Origin: Trueperaceae bacterium
Lineage (GTDB): Bacteria; Deinococcota; Deinococci; Deinococcales; Trueperaceae
DNA length: 64,000 nt
Assembly (NCBI GenBank): GCA_965213705.1
Contig: OZ243913.1
Span: 4,064,001-4,128,000, forward strand
Reading direction: 5' to 3'
Part shown: piece after piece, positions 51,142 through 58,163 of the stretch
How positions within the stretch are numbered: the stretch's first letter is position 1
Layout of the letters: every line of letters begins with the position of its first letter
Position numbers and translations under genes: made by a program
Notes under the pieces: generated by a model
The model's database searches: none
Told to the model about the DNA's origin: nothing
The model's input: the letters and a program-made list of their open reading frames with translations, nothing else

Positions 51142-52267
51142 GGCGGGTTACCTCTCCAAAGGGAAAGGCGTCGGTAGGCAAGCCGCCTTCACTCACGACC
51201 CATAAACAAGCGTGGTCACAAGAGATGGGGAAACTGCCATAACCGTCGGTGAAGATGACGAGGGGGGTGGAGAGCTCGAGGTCTTTCACACTCTCGAAGA
51301 ACGGAATGAAGCTCGTGCCCCCACCGCCTTTGGGCGGGGGAACAACCGTGTCCTGAGTCAGGTCGAAAGGTCCGTAGAGTTCGGTGTCGCCATAGGTGAG
51401 GGTGACTTTCACCCCTGGATAGGCATTCAATATGCCTTTCAACTCCGCCAAGAACTGCCCCTGAGACTCTGCATCGTGGAGACTGCCACTGGTGTCGATG
51501 TGAACGGCGGCGGTCAAACCTTGACTCTCGAGCGTCTCGACGTAGATGCCCGCGTAGATGAGCCGAGTATCGAACGCACCGTAGTCGTCATTCGTGTTGA
51601 CGAGGTAGCGCATCAAGACCTCACGCCAGTCGACCTGTTGTTTGCCGAGGACCAGCGCGAGTTCGACGCCGAGCGGCAGTGTGCCCACTCCCGTCATCCG
51701 AGCTAAAGTGGCGGCGCGGCGGAGAACGCCTTGCCAGTGCTCTCGCAAGTCTTCAACCGCTTTCCCTGAAGCGTCGGTGTTGGGCTCGAGCAAATCTTCG
51801 CCTAGTCCGTTACCTCCTCCCTCGCCACTGCCAAGCTCGACTGTGACCGTCGTAGCCTTCACTAACAGCTGCTCATACACTTCCTCGGTACTGAGGTGCT
51901 CGAGCCCTCCATCGCGGGCGATGTCGGCCGGTGCTGTTAAGCCGCTCAATATGAGCATCCCATTCACCACGATGTCGGCTGCAATGTTCCATAACCTAGG
52001 CTCGCGAGTACCCCGCCGCAACGGATGTGACAGCGCGCAGTGCAGCACCTCGTGGGCATAGATGAACAGCTTCTCGGGAACCGGCCGGGTTGTAAAGCCG
52101 CTCGGACTCAGGTAGATGCGCTTGCCGTCGGTGGCCGCTACTGAGATTTGAGGATGCTCTTGGATGAGGACTTCGGCGTGAAGGGCGATGGTGGCTAAGA
52201 AGGGCGCACGTTTCAACAGCTTGAGGTTGAGTTCGCTTACCTTCTCTTTCGTGGCCTTGTCATTCAT
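51131..52267 (-). CDS. DUF2201-type HEXXH metallopeptidase plus vWA-like domain
   Basis: 'AATDG', 'AHEVLH', 'WNIAAD', MIDAS 'IDTSGS', 'GGGGTSF', 'FTDGYG'. Confidence 0.88.
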   Translation of the reverse strand: MNDKATKEKVSELNLKLLKRAPFLATIALHAEVLIQEHPQISVAATDGKRIYLSPSGFTTRPVPEKLFIYAHEVLHCALSHPLRRGTREPRLWNIAADIVVNGMLILSGLTAPADIARDGGLEHLSTEEVYEQLLVKATTVTVELGSGEGGGNGLGEDLLEPNTDASGKAVEDLREHWQGVLRRAATLARMTGVGTLPLGVELALVLGKQQVDWREVLMRYLVNTNDDYGAFDTRLIYAGIYVETLESQGLTAAVHIDTSGSLHDAESQGQFLAELKGILNAYPGVKVTLTYGDTELYGPFDLTQDTVVPPPKGGGGTSFIPFFESVKDLELSTPLVIFTDGYGSFPISCDHACLWVVSEGGLPTDAFPFGEVTRLAS

Positions 52268-53280
52268 GCCGCCACCTCGGTGATATGGCGAAGACTTGCC
52301 ATGATGGCCTCGTCGTTTGCCACAGCCCCGGCGAGTTCTAAATACAGACCTTTGGCTTGTAGCGTTTTGACAACGATGCTGGTAGCGACTTGCAAGAACT
52401 CACCGGGTGCTTTGCTGCTGAGCCAGCTGAGGACGTGGCGTCCTTGTTCGACATCTTGGGTGCGTAGGGCAAGAGCTGTCGTCACTGCGTACCGTTGACT
52501 CGCTTCGGCGGGAAAGAGAATGCTCTTGCCTCTACCCTCGAGGATCGGCGTCAAGTCGGGTAGTTCGTCTTTGAGGGCACGGTAGGCTTGGAACTCCGCA
52601 GCGACCGCTTCACCGACAGCCGGTGCGAGGGTGCGACCTGCTTGTAAACGCGGCCAGACGTTCTCGAACCAAATCCTCGGACTCGGCCAGGCGACCGCAT
52701 CGGCCTCGAAGCGGTGCAGGCACTCGGGGCGGAACCTCAAGAAACCGATGATGTCTTCGTGGACGCCTTGTTTGATGAAGTACTCGAGGGCGCTCTCCAA
52801 GTCGGGTACCAGGGTGTAGTGGTCGAAGCGGTTGGCGACGTCGGCGGGCATGTCGAAAGAGCCGGTTTTATCTCCCTTACGGTTGCCGGTAGCGAAGACG
52901 AACCAACCTTCGGGTAAGCAATAGCTCATCGTTTTACGTTCGTGGATGAGTTGTTGGGCGATGCCCTGCATGGTGAAGGGTGCCCGAACAATCTCGTCGA
53001 TGAGGAGGATGCCTTTGCCTTCAGTGGGCAACCCATCCGGGGGTAACCACTGGGTTGTCTTCCCATTAGGAACGGGAACGCCGTTGATTTCGACGGGCGA
53101 CTTGTCGCAGATGCGGAAGACGCGGTGCTCGAGGCCCGTCTCTTTCGCCACCTGTTCGGTGATGCGGGTTTTGCCCAAGCCGGGAGCGCCCCAAATCATG
53201 AGGGGGCGCTGGTAGTCGGACTCGATGGCCCAGGTGAGTTCTCGAACCAAGTCTTTGGCGGTGAGTTCGTGTCCGTACAT
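52264..53280 (-). CDS. MoxR-like AAA+ ATPase
   Basis: 'WGAPGLGKT', 'LLIDEI', 'ATGNR', 'NRF', 'WPSPR'; ATGA-coupled to the vWA gene. Confidence 0.88.
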   Translation of the reverse strand: MYGHELTAKDLVRELTWAIESDYQRPLMIWGAPGLGKTRITEQVAKETGLEHRVFRICDKSPVEINGVPVPNGKTTQWLPPDGLPTEGKGILLIDEIVRAPFTMQGIAQQLIHERKTMSYCLPEGWFVFATGNRKGDKTGSFDMPADVANRFDHYTLVPDLESALEYFIKQGVHEDIIGFLRFRPECLHRFEADAVAWPSPRIWFENVWPRLQAGRTLAPAVGEAVAAEFQAYRALKDELPDLTPILEGRGKSILFPAEASQRYAVTTALALRTQDVEQGRHVLSWLSSKAPGEFLQVATSIVVKTLQAKGLYLELAGAVANDEAIMASLRHITEVAA

Positions 53281-53300
53281 GACTTGTCCTTTCTCAAACG

Positions 53301-53570
53301 TCAGTCAATATCTCGGTAGTCGAAGCTGCTGAGGGCGAACAGACCTTGGAGCGTGCGGTTCCGTTCTAAAACAGGCTTCTCGGCTAACTGCTCTAAGGTG
53401 TCGACGAGCTTGCGGTGTTCGTCGCTGGTCATGTAGCGCAGGCTGCTACAGCCGGTAATCGCGTGTTGCAGGCGGTGGCGTTCGTCATCGGCGAGGCCGA
53501 GCTGGTTGAACAGCACGAAAATGGTGCCGCGGATGTCGGCCCATTCGTCGGGGTCGAGATGTCGGCGCAT
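53301..53570 (-). CDS. Small protein resembling phage Mu GemA/DUF1018
   Basis: 'LGLADDERHRLQHAITGCSSLRYMTSDEHRKLVDTL' pattern; AAGGAG RBS. Confidence 0.55.
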   Translation of the reverse strand: MRRHLDPDEWADIRGTIFVLFNQLGLADDERHRLQHAITGCSSLRYMTSDEHRKLVDTLEQLAEKPVLERNRTLQGLFALSSFDYRDID

Positions 53571-53592
53571 AGAGGCTCCTTTGCACGAAAAG

Positions 53593-53618
53593 ACCGGTGC
53601 AAGTCGACTTGCACCGGT
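53593..53618 (-). terminator. Perfect 26-bp palindrome, terminator-like
   Basis: ACCGGTGCAAGTCGACTTGCACCGGT followed by CTTTTC on the minus strand. Confidence 0.6.
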
Positions 53619-53642
53619 TCGTTGGCTACGTGAGGTAAGGGT

Positions 53643-54746
53643 TCAAGCCGCTCGAGCCACCCTTTGCCAGTCGGATAAGGGCAAGGTCAACGTCTTCCAA
53701 CCTGCTTCTTCGAGTTCCGAAGCTCGGTCGTAGTCGGCAGCGCCTTCGGCTGTGCGAGTGACTGCGTTCGCCAAACCCCAACGGCTGAAGTCGGCATCTT
53801 GCATGAAGTGTTTGAGGACGGACTCGCTTTCACCCTGGTTAAAGGCGAGTTGATTGGAGAGTTCTTCGACGGCTTTGATGGGCTGCTCGATGGTTTCAAT
53901 TGTTGAGCGTTGCAAGACGGTGACGATTGTCTCAAAGGTTGTGGTCGTGGCCGCAGCACGAACGATGTCTCGAGTCTTGAGCCAGAAAGCTTTGTCGTCA
54001 GCTTCTAGGGCTTCGTCGCTGAAGAGTTCATAACTCTTTTCTTCCGACTCGCTGACACGGCCGATGTGGTGTTTGCGCTGGCCATAGTCGGGGGCAATCA
54101 TGCCGTTGCTACAGACGAGGCGATAAATGAGGGGAGTAACGCTCAACGCCCCCAGTCCGATTTCGCTGTTGCTGATGACGATGCCGCTTTGGACCGGGTC
54201 ACCCTTTTTGACCTCGGCTTCTATCTTGGGAAACACGCACTTCAAGTAGAGCTTGGTCTCAGTAACCTCGCAGGAGAGGATGTCTAAGCCTTTGCCACTG
54301 TCGTCTTTGAGTTCTGAGAGCACCGGCATCACCGCGTGGAGCAGGTCGTAGTTGTCGAGTCTGCGGTAGCGGTTGCTCAGGAAGGCTCTGGCTTTTCCAT
54401 CCAAAGTACGAATCATGCGTTCGCTCGGCTGCTGTTTGAACCAGTGGTTGACATTGTGGGCGAGTAAAGCTGGGGCTTCGGTTTGCAAGCGGTCGTAGTA
54501 CTTGGCGGGGATGCCCAAGTGGCTGCCGATTTGACGGTGGCTGTGAGAAGTTAGAGAGAACTCGAGGGTTGCGTTTTCTGACTTAAGTTGCAGGCTCTCG
54601 GGGATAAGGACAGCTTCGCCTTGCTCCTGCAGCGTGAGGCGGGGGACGAGCTCGAGCTGCCGGGTGTCGGCGATGAAGTCGCGCTTAGAGGTGTGGTGGC
54701 GCTCGAGTTCAATCGCCAACTCAGTTAGGGTTCTGCCTTTTTTCAT
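53643..54746 (-). CDS. DUF932-family phage/plasmid protein
   Basis: 'IPAKYYDR', 'RAFLSNRYRRLDN', 'SNSEIG', 'RLVCSNG', 'WGLANAVT'. Confidence 0.85.
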   Translation of the reverse strand: MKKGRTLTELAIELERHHTSKRDFIADTRQLELVPRLTLQEQGEAVLIPESLQLKSENATLEFSLTSHSHRQIGSHLGIPAKYYDRLQTEAPALLAHNVNHWFKQQPSERMIRTLDGKARAFLSNRYRRLDNYDLLHAVMPVLSELKDDSGKGLDILSCEVTETKLYLKCVFPKIEAEVKKGDPVQSGIVISNSEIGLGALSVTPLIYRLVCSNGMIAPDYGQRKHHIGRVSESEEKSYELFSDEALEADDKAFWLKTRDIVRAAATTTTFETIVTVLQRSTIETIEQPIKAVEELSNQLAFNQGESESVLKHFMQDADFSRWGLANAVTRTAEGAADYDRASELEEAGWKTLTLPLSDWQRVARAA

Positions 54747-54767
54747 ATTTGCCCCTTCCAAGCAAAG

Positions 54768-54795
54768 AACCCTCACAGCCAAAGCTGTGAGGGTT
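54768..54795 (-). terminator. Intergenic hairpin
   Basis: AACCCTCACAGC-CAAA-GCTGTGAGGGTT, followed by CTTTG on the minus strand. Confidence 0.6.
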
Positions 54796-54914
54796 GAACT
54801 GGGTAACGAGCCATTTTGCGAATTTATGTACTGCTAGAGGCTTGACCACACCTTGCTGCTCCAGGTTCCCACGGGTCCATCCTTTCCCAACTCGTATGCG
54901 CCGCAAGGCGCTCT

Positions 54915-55415
54915 TTAACAAATCTCGAAGCCGCCGCTCGCCTCGAGAAAGCTGGCAAACTCGGCAACGTTCTCAGCGGAGAAGGGGTAGTTGGCTGCCC
55001 ACGGGGCGATGGTTCCCAAGCCATCACAGCTACTGCATCTGCTTTTTTGCTTAGTGCGGGAATTGAAACGTTCGAGAAGTTTGCGTCTGAAACTAGGGAC
55101 ATCAGCTCGGAGGCCAGAGCCATCGCAGGTCGTGCAGTGCTCGCGGGGTAGGGCTTCGAGGTCGCGTTGGTAGTTAGTGGCAAACTTAGCACAGCGCCCT
55201 GCGTCGAGTTCTTCACGGAGTCGCTCCGCCAGTGCTGTCGCCCCTACTGCATCCAAGCCCCACCCGTCATTGAAGTGGCCGCCGTTGTCCTCAGGGATGA
55301 GATGAGGAGCGATGTGTTCGCAGTAGCTCCACAAGGGGTGCCACCACCACACGTTATTGCGGAAGTAGCGACCTGTTTCGTTGCTTGGGTCTTTGCCGTA
55401 GACATCCATGCCCAT
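54915..55415 (-). CDS. Phage-type protein with a DnaJ-like zinc-finger pair
   Basis: 'YFRNNVWWWHPLW', CTTCDGSG, CSSCDGLG, C-terminal 'SGGFEIC'; AAGGAG RBS. Confidence 0.75.
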   Translation of the reverse strand: MGMDVYGKDPSNETGRYFRNNVWWWHPLWSYCEHIAPHLIPEDNGGHFNDGWGLDAVGATALAERLREELDAGRCAKFATNYQRDLEALPREHCTTCDGSGLRADVPSFRRKLLERFNSRTKQKSRCSSCDGLGTIAPWAANYPFSAENVAEFASFLEASGGFEIC

Positions 55416-55499
55416 CGCTTGCTCCTTTCTGCCGGATGAGTGTCCGGTCTAACATTCATTTGCGCCATTGGCGCTCTTTAATAACTTCGCTAGCTGAAG

Positions 55500-55537
55500 A
55501 ACAAAGCAAGGGAGTGAAACGGTTCCCTTGCTTTGTT
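55500..55537 (-). terminator. Intergenic hairpin
   Basis: AACAAAGCAAGGGA-N10-TCCCTTGCTTTGTT. Confidence 0.65.
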
Positions 55538-55539
55538 TA

Positions 55540-56676
55540 CTAAGCCACCAATGCAGCGGTGAGCGCCGCGAGCCCCGCCTCTTGCTGTTGGAAGTACTGA
55601 GCGCGTTCGCTTGCTGCCAGCCGTTCTCGCGCCAGTGCTCCCACGAGGCCGCGAGGTGCTTTGCCTTGGACGGTCCGAAGTTGTTCTTCGAGCAGCTCGA
55701 GGTCGGTTTCGGGAACGTCGGTTAGGGCGTGGACTTGAACCTCTACGTCGTCGGCGTCGATTTGCTGGCGGCGTTTAAAGGCAGTCAGATGAAGTGCTGC
55801 CTGTTCCCGGTAACTCAGCGTCCACCAGGAACCGTCAGCGGGACGCGGACCGAGGGCTTGACGGTGAACGAAAGCTTGCATCGCTTGCTGGCAGGCCGCT
55901 GAGTGGTGGCGATACTCGAGCACCCTCATTGCCCCGTGCCAATCGACACGGCTGTACGCTTTCGACCACAAGCGGTCGGGGTGGAAGCGACCGCCGAATC
56001 GGTAGGCTTTGGCGGCTTCTTTCTCGTCGTTTCCGTTCCATGCCTCGTGCTTGGTTCGGTAAGCATTTTCCCATCCCTCTTTTTGCCGGATTAACTTGGG
56101 CTGGAGGATACCTGCGTCGTCATACTCGCCCGAGTCATCTCGAAAGTGCTCGTTGTCATTCGGGTCGAGGTCTTGGGAGGTGTCATTAGGTTCTTCAGGT
56201 TCCTCGACCAAGACGATGAAGGGCGGGAAGTGCGCTTTCTCGACGAGCGTTGCTTGCTTTCGAGTAATGTCGCCCGAGTAGCCCAACACCCGCATGAGAC
56301 TGAAGGGCAACTCGGGCGTGTCGGCTGCTGTGCTTTTGACCCAGGCACGGACTCGCGAGACTTTTTGCCAGACGCGCTTGCCTGAGTAGGGCTGTGGTTT
56401 GAGTTCGAGGTACTGCCACTTGCCTACCTTTCCCTCGGGAACATCGGCGCATTCTTGCTCAAGCAGTTTGTCCAAAACGTGGCGGAGCACCCGTTGCGCG
56501 TTAGGTTTGCCTTCGAGGGTAATCTCGCCGCCGTGTAGCGTTGCCGAGACAGCCGCGTGGAGGAGACTGGCAAACGCGGGAGAGTGCTTGTAACGTTCGC
56601 GAATTTCGAAGAGGAGCTTTGTGGGTTCGTCGTGCTTGCGCCAGAAGCGGATGACAAAGCGCTGCATGTCCGTCAC
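55540..56676 (-). CDS. Hypothetical protein
   Basis: 378-aa ORF with host-like codon usage and an acidic linker; no recognisable family. Confidence 0.7.
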   Translation of the reverse strand: MTDMQRFVIRFWRKHDEPTKLLFEIRERYKHSPAFASLLHAAVSATLHGGEITLEGKPNAQRVLRHVLDKLLEQECADVPEGKVGKWQYLELKPQPYSGKRVWQKVSRVRAWVKSTAADTPELPFSLMRVLGYSGDITRKQATLVEKAHFPPFIVLVEEPEEPNDTSQDLDPNDNEHFRDDSGEYDDAGILQPKLIRQKEGWENAYRTKHEAWNGNDEKEAAKAYRFGGRFHPDRLWSKAYSRVDWHGAMRVLEYRHHSAACQQAMQAFVHRQALGPRPADGSWWTLSYREQAALHLTAFKRRQQIDADDVEVQVHALTDVPETDLELLEEQLRTVQGKAPRGLVGALARERLAASERAQYFQQQEAGLAALTAALVA

Positions 56677-56677
56677 C

Positions 56678-56851
56678 TCAGCTCGCGCAGTTCATCGGTG
56701 GGCGGGTGGCGGATGTACGGACGGCGGCTGAGCATGGCGTTGTGACCTTCGTGGCGAGTTCGCTTATACGCTCGTCCCACTCGTCTCGCTCATCGGCGCG
56801 GCGCTCTGAAAGGGGGCCTCGGGACGGACGCGTGCTATACTTGCTGTGCAT
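56678..56851 (-). CDS. Small first ORF of the operon (57 aa)
   Basis: AAGGAGGAG RBS; stop abuts the next start. Confidence 0.55.
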   Translation of the reverse strand: MHSKYSTRPSRGPLSERRADERDEWDERISELATKVTTPCSAAVRTSATRPPMNCAS

Positions 56852-57234
56852 AAACTCCTCCTTTGAGGAAGCTAGAAACGAAGTGGACTCGAGTGTCTTC
56901 AGCACTCGAGCCCACACTTTTGGCTTATAGAGGTTTAGAGTTTCAAGCCGACAGATACGCTCCTTTCTTCCCAAACGCGACAACCCAAAGGCACCAAAGT
57001 TTTACTGCACACCGTGGGGTTTTGGGTAACTCAGCCGCTTTGCCAAAGTTCGCCCACGAGTGGCGACAAGTCGTAGCGGCTGGGCCTCAAGCTTTAACGT
57101 TTGGGACAGAAATTTCTCAATGAGCAGTCTGATTTGACAAAAAGCTATCCAGCAGGTTCGTCATGTTTTTTACGACCTACCAGACTTTCTTCTACTTTTT
57201 ATAGCCATTTCAAGGGGATGGCTAACTGCTCATT
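56851..57234 (-). ncRNA. Candidate long structured 5' leader RNA
   Basis: Nested inverted repeats form three multi-stem domains, with G:U pairs on the minus strand; lies between a sigma70 promoter and the first RBS. Confidence 0.6.
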
Positions 57235-57241
57235 AGGTGAG

Positions 57242-57270
57242 GTTATAGCAGAGGAGCTTAACGCCAGCAA
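57242..57270 (-). promoter_or_regulatory. Sigma70-type promoter of the phage-like operon
   Basis: TTGCTG-N17-TATAAC with an extended -10 TG. Confidence 0.7.
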
Positions 57271-58010
57271 GTGAGGTGAACAGCAAACGGCTGTCGGATT
57301 CGCTGCAAAACTTAGTCTTCCATCCATTGACTATGCAAATTCACGCTTATTCGGGGTATAGGTCTGTAGGTGAGACACGCTGAGTAGCGGAACGGCCAGA
57401 TTTGCAAGCAGTATTACGTCTAGGTGGTTACCTGACAACACCTCTCTCAAAATGTTTGGTCGTGTACTTCGCGAAATCGAACTCCGGTTGCCAAAGCCAC
57501 AACTTATTCACCTATGTGCTGTTTCTTAGGACACTAGCAGAATGACGAAGTTTTGCCAAGAAAGCTCTATTAGGCTTCTAAACAGCGTTTATCGCTGTAT
57601 GTCCGACTTTTCGCGGTAGCTGCTTGCCCATACCCAAATTCCGTCCATTTGCCAATTATGGTGAGCAAAGCTCCGTTTGCGCCAAGCCATCTGCCGGTGA
57701 CTTTTCAATCGCAATGCCAACTACTCCAACTTATGGCAGGCTCTCAAAGTGTCGCCGTCGTAAGCTGCTTTCCAAACTCTTGTTCAACCTAACCGTGAGG
57801 AGAAGTGGCGGAAGCCGGCCTGACAGGGTTCCCATACCTGTATTTAGCTGTGCCGGGAATCTCGGCTGGCAGTCCCTTGTAACCGGATGGTGTGACAAAC
57901 GACCTTCAAACTGACTGAGACGTTAGCGACGTCACGCGTATAGGCCTAGCGACACCACAAACTGCTTTTCTCCCTAGGCGCCCGGAGATGGTAGGAGAAA
58001 AGAGGTTGGT

Positions 58011-58151
58011 ATGAGAAGGCTCGCTTTGTTAGCTCTGGTGCTCATCGGCACTGCAGTGACCACCGTTACTTCCGTTCTTACAGAAGGGCTGGGCGGTTCG
58101 AACCAAGTTTTGCTCGCCGACGGTGACGACTACGACACAGGTAGCGGTTAG
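58011..58151 (+). CDS. 46-aa secreted peptide precursor, missing from the ORF track
   Basis: MRRLALLALVLIGTAVTTVTSVLTEGLGGSNQVLLADGDDYDTGSG*; AGAGG RBS; basic-hydrophobic signal and acidic Gly-rich tail. Confidence 0.7.
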   Translation: MRRLALLALVLIGTAVTTVTSVLTEGLGGSNQVLLADGDDYDTGSG

Positions 58152-58163
58152 ACATATCGCATT

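Noticed and set aside
57119..57234. Retron msr-msd (terminal inverted repeats)
   Set aside because: No reverse transcriptase gene nearby; better explained as part of the operon leader.
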